DNA of 58,969 nucleotides from a virus (IMGVR_UViG_3300032053_000085:1-58969); one strand, 5' to 3'; positions 1 through 8,716 are shown, numbered from the stretch's first letter. Made by a program: numbers and translations. The notes: generated by a model not told the origin, from the letters alone.

Positions 1-120
1 CCTACCCCCTGGCATACCGAACATAATAAACATTATCGGACGTTGCCTAGATAGTAGGCAGTAGTGCAAGGGTATTAGGCAGTAGATATAGTGAGGATAA
101 GGTAGGCTTACTATAAGCAG

Positions 121-187
121 TAGCTAGCTAGTACACTAGCTAGCTAGTGTACTAGCTAGCTAGTACACTAGCTAGCTAGTGTACTAG
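121..187. repeat. Palindromic CTAG tandem array: 16-nt units CTAGCTAGCTAG+TACA alternating with CTAGCTAGCTAG+TGTA
   Basis: Read directly. TACA and TGTA are reverse complements, so the array is self-complementary about several centres. A related inverted repeat GTGTGCTAGT-gt-ACTAGCACAC lies at 211-232. Confidence 0.95.
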
Positions 188-267
188 GAAGGGGGGTCAC
201 TAGCGTATGGGTGTGCTAGTGTACTAGCACACTAGGGGGGCATCAACCTCCCGGATTATTTTTTCAA

Positions 268-312
268 AATAATCCTACAAACCAACCTATTTGGGAATAA
301 TCCTACAAACCA
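268..312 (+). repeat. 17-bp direct repeat AATAATCCTACAAACCA (268-284, 296-312)
   Basis: Two exact copies, 28 nt apart start to start. Confidence 0.9.
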
Positions 313-490
313 GGGGACCTATCTACAGATCGGGTAAACAAGGTAATCCTCGCTACGCTCGGATTGCACAAAGAGAGCACACACGGACAGAATGTCCGGC
401 GAGAGGCAGAGTGGCCTAGATTTTTTAAGAAATAATGACCTGTATTTCTTAGGGTCTGACTGCTAGGGAAAGTAATGAAATCCCTGTGAA

Positions 491-527
491 AAACGAAAAA
501 AGCCCAGGAGAGCTAGTCCTGGGCTTT
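491..527 (-). terminator. Intrinsic terminator downstream of 563..1813
   Basis: Stem AAAGCCCAGGA/TCCTGGGCTTT followed by a T-run on the - strand. Confidence 0.8.
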
Positions 528-562
528 AATGATACTAGCTAATGGCTAGGAACCGATGTGGT

Positions 563-1813
563 TTATTGGACCTTACGACGGTAGGTTACGCCGTATTGTT
601 GAGGCATACCTGCTAGGCTAGATTCGATCCACCTGTCGTTTTGTCGGAATTCGTCACCTTTCTCGACTTTTTCTTTCGGATCGAGAAGCCGGTACTGCTG
701 CTTTGCTGGTTTTTCAAGCTTTTCGACTTGGGCCTCCAAAGTCGAGACCCGGTCGACTAACGTAGGGCCAGCGATCGTGGCTGGTAGGCCCCATCCTTGA
801 TCCCATTTGAAGGCGGCGGTGACTGCTGGTAGTTCCTTGAGTTGGGCCGATGGCTTAGTTACCATCGACTTACCGGCGGCGATCTTGAGGTCTTGTACTG
901 GGATTGGTGCAGAATTACCGAAAGTAATGGTTGCTTCTGGATAAGGTGAGACCTGCTCCGGCTTGCCTAGAGCCTCATTGCGCTCATTGGTTCGCTGGAT
1001 AACCAGATTGGCAAGACGATCTATTTCGGCGGCTCTAATGGTCGCTGTTTCCTTCCATTTCTTGGCTTCCTTTGTTGCCTGCTCGAACTTAGTTTGCAGG
1101 TGGGATTGATTGCTGTTTAGTTGGGCAGACAGCAACGCATTGGCTTTATTCAATTTCCCAGCCTCCGTGGCGACCGCCAGGAGGCTATCACGAGTACCGC
1201 GAATAGTTTTCTCGTACTGGGCTTCCTTGGCCTGGAGAGCCTTGGAATACTCATCCCGTTCCTTGGCGGCACCGGATGTTTGTAGTTCCGCTATCTTAGT
1301 GGCCTGTTGGCCGACTTCGCCGTACCACTTACAACATACTCCTTCCAGTCGATGGATTTCCTTGCGATCGTCCTCTGCTTTTTTGATGTAGCTATTGTTG
1401 GAGAATTCCAACTGGCTGATCTTGGATTCGAGTTGGTGCGTTAAAGTTTCTAGCTTCAGAATCTCATCCTTCTTTGCAAGGATCATCGACGCCTGGTTTT
1501 TACGGATTGTCTCCACAAAAGCCAGCCTTTCACGCAAATCATCCTGATTTTCTCGTAGATTAGCGATAGTGCTCTCCGACGCACGTCGGCACTCGATGCC
1601 AAGCGTCGCTTGGATCGAGTTCATTGATAATGGGATTCGCAGACGTGTTCCATCTTGCTGGCACACCATGTCAACCCTCGCCGTATAGTCACGCTTCGGT
1701 AATCCGGTGATTTCGTCCGTCTCTAGAGCGTCGTAGGACACGCCTACGACGCTATAAGGTATCGGCACTTCGATAAGAGTCGGGTGGTTGTATGATTTGA
1801 ACGATAATGCCAT
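563..1813 (-). CDS. Hypothetical coiled-coil protein, 416 aa
   Basis: Long ORF with a heptad-rich E/K/Q/A central region; terminator follows. Confidence 0.8.
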   Translation of the reverse strand: MALSFKSYNHPTLIEVPIPYSVVGVSYDALETDEITGLPKRDYTARVDMVCQQDGTRLRIPLSMNSIQATLGIECRRASESTIANLRENQDDLRERLAFVETIRKNQASMILAKKDEILKLETLTHQLESKISQLEFSNNSYIKKAEDDRKEIHRLEGVCCKWYGEVGQQATKIAELQTSGAAKERDEYSKALQAKEAQYEKTIRGTRDSLLAVATEAGKLNKANALLSAQLNSNQSHLQTKFEQATKEAKKWKETATIRAAEIDRLANLVIQRTNERNEALGKPEQVSPYPEATITFGNSAPIPVQDLKIAAGKSMVTKPSAQLKELPAVTAAFKWDQGWGLPATIAGPTLVDRVSTLEAQVEKLEKPAKQQYRLLDPKEKVEKGDEFRQNDRWIESSLAGMPQQYGVTYRRKVQ

Positions 1814-1892
1814 GGTTTAGTAGTTCCTGTGGTAATGAAAAGGGTTTCAACTGTAATTCTAGACTAGTCCGGCACGCCGGAATAGTCCTCTA

Positions 1893-1935
1893 GGGGATTT
1901 TTCTTGAAAAATCCCCCAGTCTGCTATGCTGGGAG
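1893..1935 (+). promoter_or_regulatory. Putative promoter (TTGAAA ... TGcTATGCT) overlapping two inverted repeats
   Basis: GGGGATTTTT-cttg-AAAAATCCCC palindrome spans the -35 and CCCAG/CTGGG spans the extended -10. GGGGATTTTTCTTGA recurs exactly at 56629-56643. The spacer is only 15 nt. Confidence 0.5.
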
Positions 1936-1971
1936 ACTTCCTTGTCCTAGTAATAGCCAAAAAGGTGTCCC

Positions 1972-2577
1972 ATGTTAATGAGTATGGCGGAAATCTCCGC
2001 GAAGTATGGTCCTATTCGTCGCATCATCCACGTTGGAGCACATTACGGACAAGAAGTTGGTGATTATCTGCGGGCGGGTGCCTCGCAAATTGACCTGTTC
2101 GAGCCGATCGATACAAACATCGAGCATCTAGAACGGGCGTTTGGTGCCAATCCAAGCGTCATTATCCACCATACCGCACTTGGAGATCACCAAGGTACGG
2201 CTGTCATGCACGTGGCAAGCAATGAAGGTCAATCGTCTTCGGTTCTAGAACCGAAGGACCACCTAGCCCAGTATCCACACATATCGTTCCAAAGCTCCAA
2301 AACGGTACCAATGGCGCGTTTGGATGACTTTAGGCTGTCGGGAGCCGACTTTCTCGCTGCCGACGTCCAAGGGTACGAATTGGAGGTTTTACGGGGTGCC
2401 CGGAAAACCTTAGAGAATGTTCGGATGGTTTATTGCGAAGTAAACCGAGCCGAACTCTACAAAGATTGTGCCCAGATAGACGAAATCGACACGTTCTTAG
2501 CCGAGTTCGGCTTTAAACGTGTCGATGTTGCTTGGGTTGGCGGTACTTGGGGCGATGCCCTGTATGTTAAGTCTTAG
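1972..2577 (+). CDS. FkbM-family SAM-dependent methyltransferase
   Basis: HVGAHYG motif I, FEP, ALGD, DVQGYELEVLRGA, YCEV. Confidence 0.92.
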   Translation: MLMSMAEISAKYGPIRRIIHVGAHYGQEVGDYLRAGASQIDLFEPIDTNIEHLERAFGANPSVIIHHTALGDHQGTAVMHVASNEGQSSSVLEPKDHLAQYPHISFQSSKTVPMARLDDFRLSGADFLAADVQGYELEVLRGARKTLENVRMVYCEVNRAELYKDCAQIDEIDTFLAEFGFKRVDVAWVGGTWGDALYVKS

Positions 2578-3131
2578 TTATCGGAAGTCTTGGGAAGGCC
2601 GTCTGATTTCTGATCTGCGGCTTCCCTAGCCATCTGTTGCATCGCGATGCCAACTGCCGCCTGGATGGTCGCACCGATGGCTTGACCCGAGATCGTTTCC
2701 GCTATCGCGGCTAGTTCCTTGGCTTCACAATCGTATGGCATCGTCGAAGCGACGATGCCAGCAGCGGCGATTCCGAAGAACTTGGCAAGTTCGATTGTCA
2801 CCTGCGACCTGTTCTCGGGCGACAGAGTCGCAGCTTTTCGCAAAAGCTGCGTCACGAACGCTTCCAGGAATTCAGCCAGTGGCTCAACCTTATCGTCTTC
2901 GAGGGCGACGACGATCGTCCATGCTAGTCCGTGCGTGAGTCTATTAGCGTCCTCGCTAGATAAGACTGGCTCATCTGACGTAGGATCGCTAGTCACGTCC
3001 AAGTATCCGAGTCCTGCTCCGACCATCGACGTGCCCATATCGAGCATTTCCTGAAGGTTTTCGAGTTCAAACCCCGTAGCGAATGCGACGATAGCGTCGT
3101 GAACTCTTTTTGAACTTTGTGTTTTTCCCAT
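2574..3131 (-). CDS. Hypothetical helical protein (probable start MGKTQS at 3131)
   Basis: C-terminal part of ORF 2574..3512; the upstream part is antisense to the HU-like gene. Confidence 0.65.
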   Translation of the reverse strand: MGKTQSSKRVHDAIVAFATGFELENLQEMLDMGTSMVGAGLGYLDVTSDPTSDEPVLSSEDANRLTHGLAWTIVVALEDDKVEPLAEFLEAFVTQLLRKAATLSPENRSQVTIELAKFFGIAAAGIVASTMPYDCEAKELAAIAETISGQAIGATIQAAVGIAMQQMAREAADQKSDGLPKTSDN

Positions 3132-3216
3132 GACCTGATTTTTCCTTGTGGGGGACTGAAATGTGTTATGTTGATGACTGTCAACGAAACCAGTGTAGCC
3201 ATAGGACCAGATAAAG

Positions 3217-3864
3217 ATGACGAAGTTTAAGAAAAAATCCGGAAATATTACGTCGATCGCCGACGAAGTCGCCGCTCTCCATGGGTTGACTAAGACAACC
3301 ATGCGGCCTTTGACTAAGTCGGTTTTCGCCGCCTTAGCCAAACAATTGTTTGAGAGGGGAGCTATTCGGATTCCCGGTCTTGGGTCCATGACCATGGAGT
3401 TCAGTATTAAGTCCGGTGCTCCGCGAGCGTTCGCCCGGTTCAAGTGGCACAAACACGTACGGGATCGTTGGAAGACGATCTTCGAGAATGCGGACAACCT
3501 AGACTTTATCAACTACATCCTCCAGCGAGACGAGACAAAAGATCGACTCCGGGAGACGAATCGTCTAAAAGAACTGGAATTTCGGGCCAGGAAGAAGGCA
3601 CTACGGATCGAACACGAGCGACGAAGGGCGGCTGAGTTAATCAAAGCCGCCACTGGTCTCGACGCAGACGTGTCACAAATCGATGTCAGTATCCTTATTC
3701 CACCCCTCTTATATACGCCTCGGTTACCGGCGCACCGTATTGAAGTACGTGACTTAATAGCAGCGACCGGAGTGTTTCCCCTTGAGAAATTACATCGCCC
3801 CGCACATCTAGAAGCCGGTATCCAGTTGGACCCGACTCTAGTCGACCGTGTTCTTTCTGAATGA
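3217..3864 (+). CDS. HU/IHF-like DNA-binding protein with C-terminal extension
   Basis: IADEVAALHGLTK...VFAALAKQL...IRIPGLGSM...RFK follows the HU helix-helix-strand pattern. Confidence 0.65.
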   Translation: MTKFKKKSGNITSIADEVAALHGLTKTTMRPLTKSVFAALAKQLFERGAIRIPGLGSMTMEFSIKSGAPRAFARFKWHKHVRDRWKTIFENADNLDFINYILQRDETKDRLRETNRLKELEFRARKKALRIEHERRRAAELIKAATGLDADVSQIDVSILIPPLLYTPRLPAHRIEVRDLIAATGVFPLEKLHRPAHLEAGIQLDPTLVDRVLSE

Positions 3865-4141
3865 GTTCATCGATCGTTTCGAAAACCGGGAACATTTCGA
3901 CCCAAGCATTGTCAACACTGACCGCGATATCAACCATATCGCGGGCAAGTTGAGCACAGGCACCATGTTTCGACAAAGCCAACGCTCGGTGGGCAATACT
4001 CTCGATCTGGCGTAGTTCAGATCGAGAGTATTTCCGCTTAGTGGCTTCCGGGCTCTTAAGCCCGGAAGTCACGAGAAGGCGGTGAGCACGTCGGCCTATC
4101 GAGGCCAACCAACCAGTATCGAGTTCATTTGCAGGTAACAT
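3695..4141 (-). CDS. Hypothetical protein
   Basis: 148-aa ORF with an AGGA RBS; overlaps the 3' end of the HU-like ORF convergently. Confidence 0.6.
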   Translation of the reverse strand: MLPANELDTGWLASIGRRAHRLLVTSGLKSPEATKRKYSRSELRQIESIAHRALALSKHGACAQLARDMVDIAVSVDNAWVEMFPVFETIDELIQKEHGRLESGPTGYRLLDVRGDVISQGETLRSLLLSHVLQYGAPVTEAYIRGVE

Positions 4142-4208
4142 TAGTATTCCTAATAGTGGATCGACCAGAATAACATATTCTAATCTAAGCGAGTGAATTT
4201 AGCAAGCC

Positions 4209-5630
4209 ATGGAAATCGATTATTACAAGGAACTTGGGGCATTATGCCGTCTTGACTACTTCCAGTTCGTCAAGACGTTTTGGCCCTACGTTTCGACTGA
4301 GAAACTCCAAATCAACTGGCACATCCCGTATCTGTGCAAGGAAATCCAGTATCACAGCGAGCGAATCTTCAACGGGCTGCCAAAAGAGAACGATCTGGTC
4401 ATCAATATTAGCCCAGGTACGTCGAAGTCCACGATCTTCACCACTCTTTATTTGCCCTGGTGCTGGACTCGGATGCCTGGATTCCGATATATCGGAACCA
4501 GTTTCGCCGAAGATTTGGCGTTCGAGTTGACGGTCAAGTCGCGGCGAGTGGTGCAATCGCCGCTCTACCGGAAGTTGTTCCCGGAGATCGAGCTACGCGA
4601 AGACTTGAACAACAAGTCGCTGTGGTCGAATACTCTTGGCGGTGACCGCTACGCCGCTGGTACGGGCGGTAACATCACGGGACGGCACGCTCACTGTATT
4701 GGGATCGATGATCCGCTCGATCCGAAGGGCGGGCGATCCAAGGCTAAGATTGAGGAAGCCGCCAAGTACATCAAGGAAACCTTACCTAGTCGTAAGGTTT
4801 CCAAGGAATTGTCGTGGACCTACATGGTCATGCAACGGATAGCCGTAGGCGATCCGACTGCTGTGTTCTTGGAGAACTTCCCAGGAGTTAAGCTAATCTG
4901 CCTCCCAGGCGAGGAAACAGACTTCATTCACCCGCCCGAGCTACGTCAATACTATGTCGACGGACTGTTTGACCCGGTACGGCTCAGTAGGCGTGTCCTA
5001 CTGAGCCTGAAAGCGGAGTTAGGGGAATTCGGTTATTGCGGACAAATCCTCCAACAACCGATCCCGATAGGTGGTGGGGCCATCAAAACCGACCGGATTC
5101 AGATTCATCTGGCCCCTCCGCCAGACAACGCATTTCGCAAGATAGTGCGATTCTGGGACAAGGCCGCTCTGGCGGATTCTGGAGACTGGACTGTCGGAGC
5201 GAAGCTCGGTATCACGCCCAACGGAGACGTCTGGATATTAGGGATCGTTCGCGGACAGTGGTCTACTGATGCTCGCGAAGCCATAATCAAAGCAACGGGC
5301 CACCTAGACGGTAAACACGTCAGGATAGGCATGGAACAAGAACCTGGTTCGAGCGGAATCGATGCCGTTAAGGAGTCGATTAAGCGACTCCACGGATTCA
5401 ATGTCACGGCTGTGAAAAGCACGGGAAACAAGCTACTTCGTATGGATACATTTGCCACTCAAATCAATGTTGGAAATGTGCATACGGCTATTTCAGGTAA
5501 GGTCTTAGATGACTACCTTAAAGAACTTCGATACTTTCCCGATGGATCAAACGACGACCAATGTGACGCCAGTAGCGGGGCTTACACTATGTTAATCCAA
5601 CACGGAATGAAGCTAGGCGTTATTAAGTGA
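4209..5630 (+). CDS. terL: Terminase large subunit
   Basis: Walker A-like ISPGTSKST, Walker B IGIDDP, MQR coupling motif; RNase H-like nuclease WDKA..DWTVG, EQEPGSSG, DDQCDASSGA. Confidence 0.96.
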   Translation: MEIDYYKELGALCRLDYFQFVKTFWPYVSTEKLQINWHIPYLCKEIQYHSERIFNGLPKENDLVINISPGTSKSTIFTTLYLPWCWTRMPGFRYIGTSFAEDLAFELTVKSRRVVQSPLYRKLFPEIELREDLNNKSLWSNTLGGDRYAAGTGGNITGRHAHCIGIDDPLDPKGGRSKAKIEEAAKYIKETLPSRKVSKELSWTYMVMQRIAVGDPTAVFLENFPGVKLICLPGEETDFIHPPELRQYYVDGLFDPVRLSRRVLLSLKAELGEFGYCGQILQQPIPIGGGAIKTDRIQIHLAPPPDNAFRKIVRFWDKAALADSGDWTVGAKLGITPNGDVWILGIVRGQWSTDAREAIIKATGHLDGKHVRIGMEQEPGSSGIDAVKESIKRLHGFNVTAVKSTGNKLLRMDTFATQINVGNVHTAISGKVLDDYLKELRYFPDGSNDDQCDASSGAYTMLIQHGMKLGVIK

Positions 5631-6287
5631 TGACTGTTTCGGGGGCGTAGTCAATGCTCGTACCGGGTCCCATCCCGCCCCAACGCGATCGTGAACAGTA
5701 CGGATTTTCATCTTATAGTGCCTTGCCCAGTTAGTCAATGTGTCTGTTTTATCACCGATTGTGACTAAGCGGTTGCTACGCCGATTATTGGCTTGCTCCT
5801 GGTTGGTGGACCATCTGCAATTTTCAGGGCAGTAATTCTCGGCGTTACGTTCGCGGTCGATAGAATGCTTAGGGCTTGGCTTCTCGCCCATGTCTGCGAA
5901 GAAATTCTCGAATTTCTTCCAGCGCTCACAGTAACCAATACCACGAGCGCCGTAGTCAGGGTAATCTTTACAATTCGGATTGTCGCACCTTCGTTTCATT
6001 GCCTGCCATGACCGGTACTCAGAAGTCTTCTGCATCCCGTGTGTGGTATTGCGTGCGATCATAGCCGCAGTTTGCAGGCACCCGCAGCTTTGTGTTTTTC
6101 CACTACGCAAACTACCGACACGTATTATCTTACGGTTCCCGCACTCGCATAGACATTCCTGGTGCGATCTGTGTTGTTTTCCATCATGTATCGCGAACGT
6201 AGGCCCGATTGTTTTCAATCGGCCAAAAGTTTCCGAGACAAATCCATTGCTAAAATCACCATTTTGTGCTACAATTAGTTCAGCCAT
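5613..6287 (-). CDS. Free-standing HNH-type homing endonuclease, copy 1 (start MAELIV)
   Basis: FGRL, CLCECG, SCGC, SWQAMKRRC, YGARGI, CERW, DMGEKP, SIDR..NYCPENCRW, C-terminal R..GW....ALT. Confidence 0.88.
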   Translation of the reverse strand: MAELIVAQNGDFSNGFVSETFGRLKTIGPTFAIHDGKQHRSHQECLCECGNRKIIRVGSLRSGKTQSCGCLQTAAMIARNTTHGMQKTSEYRSWQAMKRRCDNPNCKDYPDYGARGIGYCERWKKFENFFADMGEKPSPKHSIDRERNAENYCPENCRWSTNQEQANNRRSNRLVTIGDKTDTLTNWARHYKMKIRTVHDRVGAGWDPVRALTTPPKQSSLNNA

Positions 6288-6361
6288 TTGGAATAAGTAC
6301 CTATTTTGAGTGGATAGAAAAGCCACGGGATTGAGTCCCCGTGGCTTTTTGTATTATAGCA
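6288..6361 (-). promoter_or_regulatory. HNH leader cassette copy 1: TGcTATAAT, 12-bp hairpin, TTTTCTATCCA box, RBS
   Basis: Extended -10 at 6353-6361; stem 6318-6329/6338-6349; same design at 41404-41478 and 49853-49926. Confidence 0.85.
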
Positions 6362-6385
6362 CAGTTCTCTGTATTTCACCAGACT

Positions 6386-6417
6386 TTGTAACAAAAACAC
6401 CAGTGTTTTTGTTACAA
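6386..6417. repeat. Perfect 15-bp inverted repeat TTGTAACAAAAACAC-ca-GTGTTTTTGTTACAA (operator-like)
   Basis: Read directly; lies between divergent promoters. Confidence 0.85.
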
Positions 6418-6517
6418 CTTTGGCGGAACCTAATTACTCTGAACTGCCTCCAATTAGAGGGCTCCGCCCGATAATTGGCCCTTTTTATTCTTTTTTGTTT
6501 TTATTCCTAGAATTCTC

Positions 6518-6545
6518 TTGACAAGAATTGGCCTATCGGTATAAT
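6518..6545 (+). promoter_or_regulatory. Consensus sigma70 promoter TTGACA-N16-TATAAT
   Basis: Both hexamers are perfect; preceded by an AT-rich UP-like tract (6481-6505). Confidence 0.85.
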
Positions 6546-6551
6546 GGAATT

Positions 6552-6845
6552 ACTGTGTTTGAGGCGATAGCCGATAACACTAACGGGAGCTAACGCTAGC
6601 CTACATCCGATTAACTTGAATCGGCTTAGACGTTAGTCTCTAGTTTAGTGTGGTGCCGCCTTTTAAGGGCGGACACCACCAGAAGGGCAGTAGGAAGTGA
6701 CGATAGGCACTTCCTTATCTTTTGACCCGAATTCCAGACTGGCCCCATGGTTGAAAGATTCAACCATGGGGAACTCTGGTAATCTTTTGCATAATTAGGG
6801 CTACTTCTGTTACAATCTGAGTATTAGCCCTAATTATGCTCAGGA
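6552..6845 (+). ncRNA. Candidate structured ncRNA or long leader between terL/HNH and portal
   Basis: No ORF >=60 aa; consecutive stems at 6577-6651 (nested), 6650-6679, 6692-6715, 6743-6771 (13 bp) and 6789-6839 (15 bp), downstream of a perfect promoter. Confidence 0.55.
6787..6839 (+). promoter_or_regulatory. Portal-proximal promoter TTGCAT-N18-(TGt)TACAAT with the -10 inside a 15-bp inverted repeat
   Basis: Arms GCATAATTAGGGCTA 6789-6803 and TAGCCCTAATTATGC 6825-6839; AGGAG RBS follows. Confidence 0.6.
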
Positions 6846-6854
6846 GCACGACAA

Positions 6855-8363
6855 TTGGACAGCCTAGCCCATCTAACCAGCACATCGCAATTTATCACGA
6901 ATCTATACGACCGTGCCATGGCAGGTATCCCCGTTCTCGATGGACGCGACGGGACCCGTAGCATCGATCGAGAATGCGGCCACCCAGACGTAGTCACATT
7001 TTCGGATTACATGCAAATGTATCGCCGTGGCGACGTTGCCAAGCGGGTGAACAATCTCGAACCGGACGAGTGCTGGAAAGACTACCCAGAAGTCTACGAA
7101 ACCGAAGAAGAACGGGAAACTCCTTTCGAGAAAGCCGTAGACAAGGTAATTACCCAGTCGCGGCTCTATAGCTACCTACATCGACTCGACCGAATCAGCG
7201 GAATCGGTCGATACGGCGTCTTATTCATCGGCTTAGATGACGGCAACGACTTCGATACGCCTGCCCCTGGATTCGAGGATGACGCTCCCGGTAGTACTCC
7301 GGGCACCGCTAGAATCCTATATTACAGAGTATTCGGCGAAGAATCGGCCCAAATACAAGAATTCGAGACCGATCGAACTAATCCCAGGTATGGCCAGCCT
7401 AAGTTCTATAACCTGATGTTCGAGGATTCGGTAGGCGACGGTCAGACGACCCTAACCCTGGCAAAAGTCCACTGGTCACGTATTGTCCACGTTGCAGACA
7501 ACTTGATTGAGTCTGAAATATTCGGTGCCCCTCGTATGGAAGACGTATTCAATCGTCTTCTGGACTTGCGTAAGGTCTCTGGTGGTTCGGCTGAAATGTT
7601 CTGGAAAGGCGGGTTTCCCGGCCTTTCCTTCGAAGTTGACCCGAAGCAAGGTGAATTTGACGCAGCTCAGCGTACTGAACTGCGTGAAGACGTAAAAGCC
7701 TACGCCGAAGGACTCCAACGCTACATTACGATGGTCGGAGTCTCGGTCAAGTCGCTCGCTCCGCAGATCAGCGATCCAACCAATTGTACTACGAACCTCC
7801 TGATCCTGATCGCGATTACCAAGGGGATGCCACAACAGTCCTTCATGGGCTCGCAACAAGGCCAGTTGGATAGTCCGCAGGATACGATCACTTGGCGAGA
7901 ACGTGTTATGCTCCGAAAGGAACGTCACGTATCCCCAAACATCATCCGGGTAACGCTTGACCGTATGATCCAATACGGCGTACTGCCCCAACCAACTGCC
8001 CAGCTTGACCAGCCGCTCCCGTACGTTATTCGTTGGGAAGCTATGGCACCGCTCAGCGAAGCTGAGCGTGCCCAATTTGCCAAGGATATGACTGAGGCCC
8101 TGGCTCGCTACGCGACAGCCGGTGCCGAATCAATCGTCCCGCTCGGCGAATGGCTTGGTAAGTTCTGCTTATTTACAGCACAACAAGTTAAAGCCGTAGA
8201 AAATGCTGAATCTACCCGCAAGTCGCTCGTCTTCGCGCAACTTGACGGCATGACCGGTTCCGCTGGCGGAAACGCCCCTAGCTCGATCCCGAAGGTTCCG
8301 GGCGGCGGCCAGAAGAAAGACCCAGGCAAAACTCCAACTAACAATGTACAGAAAGCCAAATAA
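6855..8363 (+). CDS. Portal protein (DUF1073-like)
   Basis: Lies after TerL; GIGRYGVL, NPRYGQPKFY, VHWSRIVH, GGSAEMFWK; TTG start after AGGAG. Confidence 0.88.
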   Translation: MDSLAHLTSTSQFITNLYDRAMAGIPVLDGRDGTRSIDRECGHPDVVTFSDYMQMYRRGDVAKRVNNLEPDECWKDYPEVYETEEERETPFEKAVDKVITQSRLYSYLHRLDRISGIGRYGVLFIGLDDGNDFDTPAPGFEDDAPGSTPGTARILYYRVFGEESAQIQEFETDRTNPRYGQPKFYNLMFEDSVGDGQTTLTLAKVHWSRIVHVADNLIESEIFGAPRMEDVFNRLLDLRKVSGGSAEMFWKGGFPGLSFEVDPKQGEFDAAQRTELREDVKAYAEGLQRYITMVGVSVKSLAPQISDPTNCTTNLLILIAITKGMPQQSFMGSQQGQLDSPQDTITWRERVMLRKERHVSPNIIRVTLDRMIQYGVLPQPTAQLDQPLPYVIRWEAMAPLSEAERAQFAKDMTEALARYATAGAESIVPLGEWLGKFCLFTAQQVKAVENAESTRKSLVFAQLDGMTGSAGGNAPSSIPKVPGGGQKKDPGKTPTNNVQKAK

Positions 8364-8365
8364 CC

Positions 8366-8716
8366 ATGGTACGAGATTATAACCACGACGCCGCGAAGTG
8401 TTTCGCAGACTCCCTACGCGACGGGCTTCTGAACGCCGCACAGGCGTATGCAGAAGCCGTTACCTCCGACGAGAACGCCGTAAATTACGGCGTCGCCCCG
8501 GACAAAGAGTACAATGATGTAGAATTAGCCGAACTAATCGAAGCTAATCTGAAGGGCATTGACGGGGGTAGGTGGGATATGACCAACGCGGTCTTCCTAC
8601 CAAAAGTCATCGGTGCTGTTCTTTATTGGCTAAACAAGGAACACGGGAACGACGATGGAAAAACTGGTAGCGAATCTTTCGAGCAAGGTGAGGCAGGAGA
8701 CCCTCCAGGGTCGTAA
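8366..8716 (+). CDS. Hypothetical protein
   Basis: 116-aa ORF packed tightly after the portal gene. Confidence 0.6.
   Translation: MVRDYNHDAAKCFADSLRDGLLNAAQAYAEAVTSDENAVNYGVAPDKEYNDVELAELIEANLKGIDGGRWDMTNAVFLPKVIGAVLYWLNKEHGNDDGKTGSESFEQGEAGDPPGS

Noticed and set aside
3132-3512. N-terminal extension of ORF 2574..3512
   Set aside because: Antisense to the HU-like gene; the ATG at 3131 has an AAGGA RBS
5613-6287. HNH genes as intron-encoded or IscB/Cas9-like RNA-guided nucleases
   Set aside because: Flanking genes are intact and uninterrupted, and there are no RuvC motifs or group I core that I could recognise
6650-6681. Hairpin ending CACCA resembling a tRNA/tmRNA 3' end
   Set aside because: No T-loop consensus, D or anticodon arm, or tag reading frame; kept only as part of the ncRNA candidate
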